Of a stretch of DNA of 45,440 nt, positions 36,800-45,440 are shown one piece after another; the stretch's first letter is position 1; every line of letters starts with the position of its first letter. The stretch comes from Rhodanobacteraceae bacterium (lineage in GTDB: Bacteria; Pseudomonadota; Gammaproteobacteria; Xanthomonadales; Rhodanobacteraceae). The notes beneath the pieces were generated by a model. It made no database searches and was not told the DNA's origin. It saw nothing but the letters and a program-made list of their open reading frames with translations. The stretch spans positions 1-45,440 of the forward strand of contig DASSXP010000079.1 of assembly GCA_035703755.1 (NCBI GenBank), given 5' to 3'. The position numbers and the translations under genes are program-made.

Positions 36800-37993
36800 T
36801 CAGTGTGCCGCGACGGCGTAGCCTTTCAGGCGCTGGGCGAACTGCTGCAAGGCCTGGATGCCGCTTTGCTCGGCCTCATGTACCCACTGCTGCAAGCCTT
36901 TCAGCGCGGCGTCGGGGCCGCGTTGCTCCATCACCTGAGCGAGGCGGGCGCGGTACTCGCACACTACGCGCAGGGTCGGACGCTTGGCGACCAGGGTGGC
37001 GAGTCGCTCCCGGCCTTCGTTGTCCAGCCAGCGACCGCCATTGCCCAGCGCCCGGCGCAGCCGCCCGGGGATGTCCTTGAGTGTGCTGCCGGCGTGCTCG
37101 GCTTCCTCGCGCAGGGTCGGCATGATCACGCCGCGGGTGAAGTCGGTCATGACCTGGAAGCGATGGGTCAGCACGGCTTTCAGGGTCTCGGTGTCGGGCA
37201 GGTGGACGTTGGCGCGGATGTCGAGGCTGGGCGCCACGCGCAGCACCTTGGCCAGGCGCAGGGTTTCGAGCACACGGATTGCCGCCCAGCCGATGTCGAA
37301 CTCGAAGCGGCGCAGCGCGAACTTGGCCGAGGACGGGAACGCGTGATGGTTGTTGTGCAGTTCCTCGCCGCCGATCCACACACCCCACGGCGTCAGGTTG
37401 GTGGCCATGTCGGTGGTTTCGAAATTGCGATAGCCCCACCAGTGGCCGAGGCCGTTGACGACGCCGGCGGCCCAGAATGGGATCCACACCATCTGGATCG
37501 CCCAGATAGCCATGCCGGCAACGCCGAACAGGGCAACGTCGATCAGCGCCATCAGCACCGGGCCGGCGGTCGGATGCACGCCGTAGACCACGCGTTCGAG
37601 CCAGTCGTTGGGGCAACCCTTGCCGTACTTGTCCATCATCGGGCGGTCCTTGCAGGCGGCGCGATACAGCTCTACACCGTCCCACATCACCTTGTTGATG
37701 CCTTCGACCTTGGGGCTGTGCGGGTCGCCATCGGTCTCGCAGAAGGCGTGGTGCTTGCGGTGGATCGCCACCCATTCGCGGGTCACCATGCCGGTGGTGA
37801 GCCAGCTCCAGAAGCGGAAGAAATGCGCCAGTACCGGGTGAAAATCCACCCCGCGGTGGGCCTGGCTGCGGTGCAGGTACAAGGTCACCGAAAAGATGGT
37901 CAGCTGGGTGACCACCAGCAGGTACAACAGCATCTCGCCCCAGCTCCAGCCGGTCAGACCGTTGGCGGCGAAATTGACAATGAAATCAAGCAT
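36800..37993 (-). CDS. Acyl-CoA/acyl-lipid delta-9-type fatty acid desaturase
   Basis: Three histidine boxes are present: HRSQAH, HRKHH and HNNHH. The track ORF was trimmed to the ATG at 37993 (MLDFIVNF). Confidence 0.9.
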   Translation of the reverse strand: MLDFIVNFAANGLTGWSWGEMLLYLLVVTQLTIFSVTLYLHRSQAHRGVDFHPVLAHFFRFWSWLTTGMVTREWVAIHRKHHAFCETDGDPHSPKVEGINKVMWDGVELYRAACKDRPMMDKYGKGCPNDWLERVVYGVHPTAGPVLMALIDVALFGVAGMAIWAIQMVWIPFWAAGVVNGLGHWWGYRNFETTDMATNLTPWGVWIGGEELHNNHHAFPSSAKFALRRFEFDIGWAAIRVLETLRLAKVLRVAPSLDIRANVHLPDTETLKAVLTHRFQVMTDFTRGVIMPTLREEAEHAGSTLKDIPGRLRRALGNGGRWLDNEGRERLATLVAKRPTLRVVCEYRARLAQVMEQRGPDAALKGLQQWVHEAEQSGIQALQQFAQRLKGYAVAAH

Positions 37994-38150
37994 TGAGGCG
38001 AACACCGGGAAAACTGCCGGCCAGTCTACCACCGCGTTCCCGTGCCAGACGGAGAACCGTGACACGCGCCGGGCGGCGGTTTGCGATGCATGTCCCGATT
38101 TGCGCCGCAACCGCGTACTGACGAGGGACAATCCCATCCGGAGCAACCCC

Positions 38151-39577
38151 GTGCCAACACGTCGCCCTCTGCTTGCCTGTTTCCTTGCCGCCCCATTGCT
38201 GCTTGGCCTGAGTTTCGCCGCCATCGCCGATGACACCACGCCCGACCCGGGTTTTGCGCCCGGCAGCGCCTACGGCCCGGGTTGGCAACGTGTGCATCTC
38301 AGTCCCGACGTGCTGGACGAGCAGGCCGTCGCCATCGCCCGCAGTGGCGATGGCGGTTATGTCGTGTGCCTTGCGGTGGCTGGTGGCAGCGCCGGCGCCG
38401 AGATCGTGCTGACCAAGTACGACGCCAACGGCGTGCATGTCGACAGCGGCTTCGGCGCGCCCGGTGACGGCGGCTGGGTGCTGAAAGATGCCTACCTGTC
38501 CGCGGTTACCGACATGACGGTCGATGCGCAGGGGCGCATCCTCGTGGTCGGCGCCACGCCCGGGCAGGGCGGGCTGGACAATTTCGGCGTGGTGCGCTTT
38601 CTTGCCGATGGCAGCGACGACGCCAGTTTTGCCGGCGATGGCGGTACCAGGTGGGTTTCGATCTGCCGGGGATCGTCACCACCGCCGATCGACCGCGTTC
38701 GGTCATCACCGATGCGAGCGGCAAGATCATGGTCGCCGGCAGCGTGTTCGCCAGTGACGGCTCGGATTCGCGCTTTGGCGTGTTCCGCCTCAATGACGAC
38801 GGCAGCGTGGACAAGCAGACCCTGGAGCGTTTCGAGTCGGGCAAGAAGGCGGTAGGGGCGCGCATCCTGAATCTGGATGCGGGCTACTATCTGGTGGTGG
38901 ACTCGTCGGTGAGTGCCAGCAATGACACCGATTTCGCCGCGCGACTGTTGGCACCGGACTTCAATCTGCGCGCCGATTACGCGGATGCGCGGGTGATTGA
39001 CAGCCAGTACCACATCGGCACGCCGGGCAATATCACTTCCTACGACGTCGCATCCGATGCCGTGCTGGTCAGCCCGTCGGAAGTGCGTATCGCGGGTACG
39101 AGCAGTGATCAGGCAGCCATTATCGGCATCAAGATCAATTGGGTGCTGTCCCCGGTGCTGACGTCTTCCGTCACGTTCGAGGGCAACCATTTCGATCATC
39201 TGACGCTGTCGCAGAATCTCGTCACCGGGACCGATTTGAACCAGGGCGTCGCCGCCGTGCGGATTGCGGCACGCAGTGATGGCGCGCTGTTGCTGGCGGC
39301 GCGCGCCGACATCTGGCCGGCGCCGACTGCGGGGCTGGTCATGCGGGTCGATGCGCAGGGCAAGCCAACCACCGGTTTCGGCGACAGTAACGGCGAGGCC
39401 ACCTACGCGGCGCCGATGTCGGATGGCACCCCGAGTGGCGACACTGGCTTTGCCGGCTTGCTGATCGATGCCGGTCGGCCGCTGTTGTTCGGCACCTCGA
39501 TGGACACCAACACCACCGATGGCGTGTTGTTGCGTCTGCAATCGGACCGCATCTTCACGGACGGCTACGAGTTGTGA
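38151..39577 (+). pseudogene. Secreted delta-60-repeat (beta-propeller-like) protein interrupted by a frameshift near 38649-38650
   Basis: A GTG at 38151 sits 7 nt after a GGAG. The signal peptide is LLLGLSFAAIA-DD. The repeats follow the pattern D.SFG..G.(n)D..G[KR]I.V.G...DF.V.R...DGS. The repeat register continues from frame 3 (..FAGDGGT) into frame 2 (VGFDLPG..), with 2 nt left over. Confidence 0.65.
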
Positions 39578-39649
39578 TGACGTGACGCAACCGCCGGCAC
39601 GGGTCGCCGCGACTTGCGGCAAGGACCCGCGACCCGGGACAATCGGCGG

Positions 39650-40384
39650 ATGAGCGAAAGCCAAACGCCGATACTGGAATTGCGCGCCGTCAGTCGCCGC
39701 CGCGGCGGCCGGCCGGCGGTGCGCGAGGTGTCGCTCGCGGTGCGTCGTGGCGAGGTGCTGGGCCTGCTCGGGGTCAACGGTGCCGGCAAATCCACCACGT
39801 TGTCGATGATGGTGGGTGCGCTGGCACCCGACACGGGATCGGTCTGGCTGGATGGGCTGGATCTGGCCGAGCATCCGCAGGCGCTGCGTTCCCGTGTCGG
39901 CTGGCTGCCCGAACGCGCGCCCTTGTATGACGAATTGACGGTGATCGAACAGCTCGACGCCGCCGCCAGCCTGCATGGGCTCAGGGCTGGCGCGCGGCGC
40001 GCGGCGCGCGAGCCGGTGCTGGAGCGTTTGCAACTGGGGGATTTGCGGCAACGCCTGGTTGGCCACTTGTCGCAGGGCCAGCGCCAGCGCGTGGGGTTGG
40101 CTTGTGCCTTGATCCACGCACCGGCGCTGCTGGTGCTGGACGAGCCCTGCAACGGCCTCGACCCGGTGCAAGTGGTCGCGTGGCGGCGCCTGGTGGCTGA
40201 GTTCGCTGCGGAGGATCGCGCGGTGATCGTGTCCACCCATGTGCTGGCGGAGGTGGCGGCGAGCTGCAATCGGGTGGCGATCCTGCATCAGGGCACCCTG
40301 CGCCACGATGCGCGGATCGGTGCCGATGTGGCCGCGCTGGAACAGCGTTTCTTCACCATTGCAACGCAGACGGAGAGCGCATGA
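39650..40384 (+). CDS. ABC transporter ATP-binding protein (GldA/ABC-2 type)
   Basis: Walker A is GVNGAGKST, the signature is LSQGQRQR and Walker B is LLVLDEPCNGLD. The track ORF was trimmed to the ATG at 39650. Confidence 0.9.
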   Translation: MSESQTPILELRAVSRRRGGRPAVREVSLAVRRGEVLGLLGVNGAGKSTTLSMMVGALAPDTGSVWLDGLDLAEHPQALRSRVGWLPERAPLYDELTVIEQLDAAASLHGLRAGARRAAREPVLERLQLGDLRQRLVGHLSQGQRQRVGLACALIHAPALLVLDEPCNGLDPVQVVAWRRLVAEFAAEDRAVIVSTHVLAEVAASCNRVAILHQGTLRHDARIGADVAALEQRFFTIATQTESA

Positions 40385-41127
40385 GCATTGCCCGGTTGCA
40401 AGCCCGGCGCTTGTTTGCCAGCGCCTTGCCGTGGGTGCTGGCGGCGCTGTCGCTGGCGTGGCTGGCGTGGCGTTTTCTGTTGGCGATGGATCAGTTCCTG
40501 CAAGCGCAGGACAAGCTGGCCGCGTTGCCTGACGCGCCCGGTTTCACCGATCTGGTGACCGTGCCGCTGCTGGCGCAGGTGGCCGAGCTTGGCATCGTGC
40601 TGGCGCCGCTGATCGGCATGTCGATGCTGGCTGGCGAGCGTCGCGCCGGCACCTTGCCGCTGCTGTTCGCGGCCGGCATCGCGCCGTGGCGGATCGTCGT
40701 CGGCAAGTTTCTGGTGGCGTGGGGCTGGTTGCTGGCGCTGTTGCTGGTGGTGGTGTCGATGCCCTTGCTGGCAGCCTGGGGTGTGGCCCCGGACTGGGGC
40801 AAACTGGCGGCGGCGGTGCTGGGCGTGGCCTTGTTCCTCGGCGTGCTGGCGGCGATTGCGCTGGCGGCCTCCGCCTGCGTGTCGCACCCGGCGTTGGCGG
40901 CGGCGATTGCGCTGGCGGTGTCGGTGGGGTTGTGGGCACTCAACGCCGGCGTGCGCGCCAATGGCGTCACTGGCGGCCTGCTCAACTACCTTGCCGCCTC
41001 CAGCCATTTGCAGGCCTTGCTCAAGGGCTGGATCGGCAGCGTGGATGTGGCCTATTTCGTCTTGCTGACGGCGCTGGCGCTGGCGCTGGCCAGCCAGCGC
41101 CTCGGTGCCGATCGGGTGCGCTGCTGA
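40381..41127 (+). CDS. ABC-2-type permease (GldF-like)
   Basis: The 248-aa protein has six hydrophobic segments. Its start overlaps the ATPase stop (ATGA). Confidence 0.8.
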   Translation: MSIARLQARRLFASALPWVLAALSLAWLAWRFLLAMDQFLQAQDKLAALPDAPGFTDLVTVPLLAQVAELGIVLAPLIGMSMLAGERRAGTLPLLFAAGIAPWRIVVGKFLVAWGWLLALLLVVVSMPLLAAWGVAPDWGKLAAAVLGVALFLGVLAAIALAASACVSHPALAAAIALAVSVGLWALNAGVRANGVTGGLLNYLAASSHLQALLKGWIGSVDVAYFVLLTALALALASQRLGADRVRC

Positions 41128-42473
41128 TGCGCGCGCGGCTCGGCAATGCCATCAACCTGTTGCTGCTGCTGGTGATCACGGCCTTGCTGGCGTATCTGTC
41201 GACCCGCTGGAGCGTCGGCGTCGACGCCACCGCCGGCGCGCGCGCCTCCTTGCCGGCCGCCACGCAGGTTTTGCTGGAAAAATTGCCCGGATCGCTGGAG
41301 GTCACCTGCTACGCCAGTCCGGCCAGCGGTTTGCGGCCTACGGTGGCGGCCTTCATCGCGCGCTACCGGCGCGACAAGCCTGATCTCAGCTTGCGTTTCG
41401 TCGACCCCGAGCAGGATCCCGGTGCCATGCGCCAGGCCGGCATCGACGTCGATGGCGAAATGGTGCTCAGCTACCAAGGCCACACGCAGCACCTCGAAGA
41501 GCTGTCCGACATCGCCTTCGGCAATGCGCTGGCGCGCCTGAGCCGTGGTGGCGAGCGCGTGGTCGCCTTTGTCAGCGGCGATGGCGAGCGCCGCGCCGAT
41601 GGCAAGGCCAACGCCGATCTCGGCGCCTTCGTCGGCCAGCTGGCGGCGCGCGGGCTGCGTGCCGTGCCGCTCGATTTCAGCCAGACCGGGGCGGTGCCGG
41701 GGCACACCGATCTGGTGGTGCTGGCGAGCCCGCTGGTGGCGTTGGCGCCGGCGGCGGTCAAGGCGCTGGTGGACTATGTCGAGCAAGGCGGCAATCTCCT
41801 GTGGCTGGCCGAGCCCGATAACCGCGACTTGGGCTTGGCGCCGTTGGCGGCCACGCTGGATCTGCGCTTCCTGCCCGGCGTGCTGGTGGATGATCAGGGT
41901 GCCGCGCTGGGCCTCAAGGACCCGCGCCTGATTGCCGTGCAAGCCTACCCGCCCGGCACCATCACCCGCGGCTTCAGTCTCACCACCGTGTACCCGCAGG
42001 CGCGGGCGCTGACGGCGCAGACCGGCGCCGGCTGGCACGCCGGCGTGTTGCTGCAAAGCGGTGCCAAAAGCTGGAACGAAACCACGCCGATCGACAACGC
42101 ACACAGCGCCAGCATTCGTTACGACGCCGGCAGCGATGAGCAGCAGGGGCCGCTGGCCTTCGGTTTCACCCTGACGCGCTTGTCACCCAGTCCGCTCAAG
42201 CGGGAGCAGCGCGTGGTGGTGATCGGCGACGGCGATTTTCTCTCCAACAGTTTTCTTGGCAACGGCGGCAACCGCGCCTTGGGCGAACGGGTGTTCGACT
42301 GGTTGCTGGGCGATGACGTGCTGGCCGCGTTGCCGCCACGGGCGGCGCCGGATCGGCGCATCGCGCTGACGCAAACCCGACTCAACGGGGTCGCCGGGTT
42401 GTACCTGTTGTTGCTGCCCTTGCTGTTGGCCGGTTTCGGTGTCTGGCGCGGCTGGCGCCGTTACCGCCGCTGA
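41127..42473 (+). CDS. GldG-like ABC-transport auxiliary protein
   Basis: It has an N-terminal and a C-terminal TM anchor flanking a large periplasmic domain (...VAFVSGDGE...VVIGDGDFLSN...). Its ATG overlaps the stop of the upstream gene (TGATG). The track ORF start at 40686 is rejected. Confidence 0.75.
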   Translation: MRARLGNAINLLLLLVITALLAYLSTRWSVGVDATAGARASLPAATQVLLEKLPGSLEVTCYASPASGLRPTVAAFIARYRRDKPDLSLRFVDPEQDPGAMRQAGIDVDGEMVLSYQGHTQHLEELSDIAFGNALARLSRGGERVVAFVSGDGERRADGKANADLGAFVGQLAARGLRAVPLDFSQTGAVPGHTDLVVLASPLVALAPAAVKALVDYVEQGGNLLWLAEPDNRDLGLAPLAATLDLRFLPGVLVDDQGAALGLKDPRLIAVQAYPPGTITRGFSLTTVYPQARALTAQTGAGWHAGVLLQSGAKSWNETTPIDNAHSASIRYDAGSDEQQGPLAFGFTLTRLSPSPLKREQRVVVIGDGDFLSNSFLGNGGNRALGERVFDWLLGDDVLAALPPRAAPDRRIALTQTRLNGVAGLYLLLLPLLLAGFGVWRGWRRYRR

Positions 42474-42985
42474 TGCGCCGCGAGACCCGTCAGCGTTTGC
42501 AACTGTACGCGGTGGTCCTGCTGCTGGCCTCGATTGCGTGGTGTTCGGCGCGCAAGGACAACACGCTGCCGCCCGGGCAGCTGCTGGGGCTGGACCCGGC
42601 GACGATCAATCAGGTTGAAGTGCAGGCAGCTGACGGGGAGCTGCGGCAGTTTGAACGCCGCGACGGCGTGTGGTGGATGATCCAGCCCACGGAGGCGCCG
42701 GCCGATCCCGCCCACCTCGAACGGCTGACTGAAATCGCTGCCGCGACGCCATTACGGTGGCGGCCACGAAAGGATTTCGACACCGCCCGCATCGGGCTCG
42801 CCAAGCCCTTCGCCACCCTGACCCTGGACGGCCAGCGGCTGGTCTTCGGCGGGCTCTCGGCGTTGGGGCCGCAACGCTATGTCGCGGTGGGTGACCATGT
42901 GGCCTTGATCGGCGCGCGCTATACCGCCGACCTCGCCGCGACGCCGGCCAGCGAGCTCGCCCACGCCGCCAGCACGGCGCTTTGA
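42473..42985 (+). CDS. DUF4340-like small periplasmic protein, typically found downstream of gldG-like genes
   Basis: An N-terminal TM anchor is followed by INQVEVQAADGELRQFERRDGVWWMIQP. The start overlaps the preceding stop. Confidence 0.65.
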   Translation: MRRETRQRLQLYAVVLLLASIAWCSARKDNTLPPGQLLGLDPATINQVEVQAADGELRQFERRDGVWWMIQPTEAPADPAHLERLTEIAAATPLRWRPRKDFDTARIGLAKPFATLTLDGQRLVFGGLSALGPQRYVAVGDHVALIGARYTADLAATPASELAHAASTAL

Positions 42986-42988
42986 ACC

Positions 42989-43801
42989 ATGCCCGAACTG
43001 CCGGAAGTCGAAACCACCCGGCGCGGCATCGCACCGCATCTCCAAGGCCACCGCATCGAGCGCGTGCTGCTGCGCCGCGCCGACCTGCGCTGGCCGATTC
43101 CCGCCGCGATCCGCCGCGCGCTGCCGGGGCAGACCATCGTCGCCGTCGAGCGCCGCGCAAAATACCTGTTGCTGCATGCCCAGTCCGGCGCGGCGCTGCT
43201 GCACCTCGGCATGTCCGGCTCGCTGCGCGTGCTGGAGGCCGAGTGGCCGCCCGGCCCGCACGATCACTACGACTGGCTGCTGGATTCCGGCCGCGTGCTG
43301 CGTTTCAACGATCCGCGCCGGTTCGGCTGTCTGCTGTGGCAGCCGCGCGGCCGCGTCCATCCCTTGCTGGCGGGCCTGGGGCCGGAACCCCTGTCGGATG
43401 CATTCGATGGCGATGTCTTGTGGGTCGCCGCGCAAGGCCGCCGCGCGGCGGTGAAACGGTTCCTGATGGATCAGGCAGTGGTTGTCGGGGTCGGCAACAT
43501 CTACGCCAGCGAAGCGCTGTTCGCCGCCGGCATCCATCCGGCACGGCCGGCGGGACGGGTGTCACGGGCGCGTTACGGCTTGCTGGCGACGGCGGTGAAA
43601 GGCATTCTGACGCGCGCCATCGAACGCGGCGGCACCACCTTGCGGGATTTCATCGCGCCCGATGGCGCGCCGGGATATTTCGAGCAGGAATTGCAGGTCT
43701 ACGGCCGTACCGGCGAGCCCTGCAGGCAGTGTGGCGCGCCGATTCGGCAGCAGCTACTGGGGCAGCGCTCGACGTTCTATTGCCCGCGTTGCCAGCGCTG
43801 A
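42989..43801 (+). CDS. mutM: Formamidopyrimidine-DNA glycosylase
   Basis: The N-terminus is [13 protein letters not shown]. The C-terminal zinc finger reads CRQCG...FYCPRCQ. Confidence 0.95.
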   Translation: MPELPEVETTRRGIAPHLQGHRIERVLLRRADLRWPIPAAIRRALPGQTIVAVERRAKYLLLHAQSGAALLHLGMSGSLRVLEAEWPPGPHDHYDWLLDSGRVLRFNDPRRFGCLLWQPRGRVHPLLAGLGPEPLSDAFDGDVLWVAAQGRRAAVKRFLMDQAVVVGVGNIYASEALFAAGIHPARPAGRVSRARYGLLATAVKGILTRAIERGGTTLRDFIAPDGAPGYFEQELQVYGRTGEPCRQCGAPIRQQLLGQRSTFYCPRCQR

Positions 43802-43821
43802 ATCGCGCGGGCGGCGCGGCT

Positions 43822-44265
43822 TCAGGCCTTGCCCTTGGCCAGCGGCAAGTCTGCACGGCGCCAGGCATCGATGCCACCGGCCAGTGTGTAGACGCGGGTA
43901 AAACCGGCTTTCAGCAGCCGCTGGGACGCCTTGGAGGCGGTCACGCCGGAGCGGCAGCAGACCGCAATCGGGTGTTCCTTGACCTTGGCCAGATCCTTGT
44001 TTTCCGGGTCGAACGCGCTCCACGCCACATGCTTGGCGCCGGGGATGTGGCCTTTCTCGAAATCCGCCTGCGGCGACAGGTCGATCACCAGCGCGTTGTC
44101 GCGGTTGATCAGCTGGGTCAGCGCCGCCGGCGTCAGCAGCTTGTCGCCGCGCAGCAGGTGCATCAGCTCGGTGATGATTACCGCCGTCAGCAGGGCCAGG
44201 AATGCGGCTGACAACACGAGATGGTTGCCGATGAACTCGGGCAGGCGGGTCAGGAAGTCGTTCAT
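43822..44265 (-). CDS. Membrane-anchored single-domain rhodanese (sulfurtransferase)
   Basis: An N-terminal TM helix is followed by the active-site loop CCRSGVTAS and GGIDAW. The track ORF was trimmed to the ATG at 44265. Confidence 0.8.
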   Translation of the reverse strand: MNDFLTRLPEFIGNHLVLSAAFLALLTAVIITELMHLLRGDKLLTPAALTQLINRDNALVIDLSPQADFEKGHIPGAKHVAWSAFDPENKDLAKVKEHPIAVCCRSGVTASKASQRLLKAGFTRVYTLAGGIDAWRRADLPLAKGKA

Positions 44266-44389
44266 GGCGAAAACCACGGGAATCGGCCGCCCATTGTACC
44301 GGCTCGCCGTGGCGCATGGTGCAGCGGGCGGCAATTGACGCTAGCATGCGGGGCTTCGGCGGCGTGGCCGTCAATCGCGGGAGACATGC

Positions 44390-44824
44390 ATGAAAGCTGG
44401 AAAATGGGCGTTTTTGCTGCTGCTGGCGCTGCCAGTCGTCGCCAGCGCTGCCAGTCAGGGCAAGGACGACGAGTGGAAGGTCACGGTGCACATGAAGATG
44501 ACGGCGCCGATGGCGATGACCATGCCGGCCATCACCCAGAACACCTGCACGCCAGCCAATGCGGATCAGGGCCCGCCGCCGATGAAAAACGGCGACTGCA
44601 AGGTGGAGAAGTTCGAGAAGAACGGCCAGCGCGCCGATTTCAAGGTGGTCTGCCACATGCAAAATGGCGACATGACCGGCGAAGGCTGGACCGAAAAAAC
44701 CGACGACACCCACTACAAGGGTGAGATGAACATCCAGGGCAGCAGCGGCGGCATGTCGATAGCCATGAGCATGGATTACAGCGGCGTGCGCGTCGGCAGC
44801 TGCACCGCCAAGAGCGCTGACTGA
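44390..44824 (+). CDS. Secreted DUF3617-like protein, Met-rich
   Basis: The signal peptide is ALPVVASA-AS. The Cys pattern (C..C..C..C) and length fit the DUF3617 type. Met-rich runs include MKMTAPMAMTMP and MSIAMSM. Confidence 0.6.
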   Translation: MKAGKWAFLLLLALPVVASAASQGKDDEWKVTVHMKMTAPMAMTMPAITQNTCTPANADQGPPPMKNGDCKVEKFEKNGQRADFKVVCHMQNGDMTGEGWTEKTDDTHYKGEMNIQGSSGGMSIAMSMDYSGVRVGSCTAKSAD

Positions 44825-44869
44825 GGGGCCGCGGCGGCACGCGTGTTTCACCGCGCCGCCGCTGCCGCG

Positions 44870-45271
44870 TCACTCGACGATTTTCGGCAGTCCGCTTTCC
44901 AGCCACCAGCGCTCGGCGGTGGCATCGTACTTCCACACCTGGTTGTCGATGATCGAGCGTTCCCGCTGGGTGTGCAGGTTGATCAAGCCGATCACCACCC
45001 GCTGGCGTACCTCGGTGTCGCTGACCGCTTGCGGGCCGCTGTCTTCATACTGGCTGACCCGCACCTGCTTGTAGCGGGCCAGTTGCAGCGCGCTCGGCGG
45101 TTCCTTTTTCAGCACCTCGGGATCGAGGTACTGCAACGCCGATTCAAAATCGCCCCAGCGCAAGGTGGCGCCGTAGCCATCCAGGGTCTGGGTCAATTGC
45201 TTCTGGATGCGATTGGTGGCGCAGCCGGACAAGAGCAGCGCGATGACGAGAGCGATCAGCAAGCGGCGCAT
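44870..45271 (-). CDS. Hypothetical lipoprotein
   Basis: The lipobox is LLLSGC. The protein is 133 aa. The track ORF was trimmed to the ATG at 45271. Confidence 0.6.
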   Translation of the reverse strand: MRRLLIALVIALLLSGCATNRIQKQLTQTLDGYGATLRWGDFESALQYLDPEVLKKEPPSALQLARYKQVRVSQYEDSGPQAVSDTEVRQRVVIGLINLHTQRERSIIDNQVWKYDATAERWWLESGLPKIVE

Positions 45272-45314
45272 GGGCGGTTCCGTGGCGGGAGGATGCGGCC
45301 ATTGTGCCGGCAGA

Positions 45315-45440
45315 TCAGCCCGCGCGCAGCTTGATGGCGAAATCGGCCGCCTGCACACAGGCATCGCCGCCGGCGCCGGTGACCGCCGCCTGCACCCGCA
45401 GGCGCGCCTTGCCGCGGGCATTCAAGGTCGCCAGCAGGGC
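45315..45440 (-). CDS. 3' end of an unidentified CDS that continues beyond the window
   Basis: The open frame runs off the window edge. Its last 41 codons read ...ALLATLNARGKARLRVQAAVTGAGGDACVQAADFAIKLRAG*. This fragment is too short to assign. Confidence 0.35.
   Translation of the reverse strand, partial: ALLATLNARGKARLRVQAAVTGAGGDACVQAADFAIKLRAG

Noticed and set aside
38640-38660. A programmed ribosomal frameshift in the delta-60 repeat gene
   Set aside because: The junction has no slippery heptamer, homopolymer run or obvious downstream stimulatory pseudoknot. An indel or a sequencing error is more parsimonious.

Overview
This is a GC-rich chromosomal core segment. The gene content and order (glyQS, mnmG, pepN, rpoH, rep, gpsA-secB, rpmBG, mutM) fit a gammaproteobacterium of the Xanthomonadales/Nevskiales type; that taxon call is inference. 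The window opens with the 3' end of a 5S rRNA and its terminator, followed by about 40 mostly housekeeping or envelope genes. Many long ORFs in the six-frame track are antisense artefacts of the high GC content and are rejected below. Several track ORFs were also trimmed to internal starts with better support. I found no tRNA, CRISPR array, IS or transposase, integrase, phage genes or recognisable defence island. The most unusual locus is the roughly 550-nt ORF-poor intergenic region between mnmG and a 64-aa ORF (17739-18292). It carries two near-identical sigma-54-type promoters (GG-N10-GC) in tandem. Between them lie several long perfect-stem hairpins, which makes this a candidate sigma-54-dependent structured ncRNA or leader. 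Other points worth a second look:
- A tightly packed four-gene operon: GT-C-like membrane protein, ExeA/GspA, GspB and a rhomboid protease.
- An orphan GspE-family ATPase coupled to a glutamine amidotransferase.
- A triple-fusion protein combining a CGFS glutaredoxin, a Cys-less A-type-carrier-like domain and a rhodanese domain.
- A frameshifted secreted delta-60-repeat protein next to a GldA/F/G-like ABC operon.
- An orphan halogenase-like flavoprotein carrying a WxWxIP motif.
- A nested palindromic REP/MITE-like element.
- A 41-bp direct repeat bracketing the rpmBG terminator.
All functional calls come from motif recognition by eye. No database search was run.
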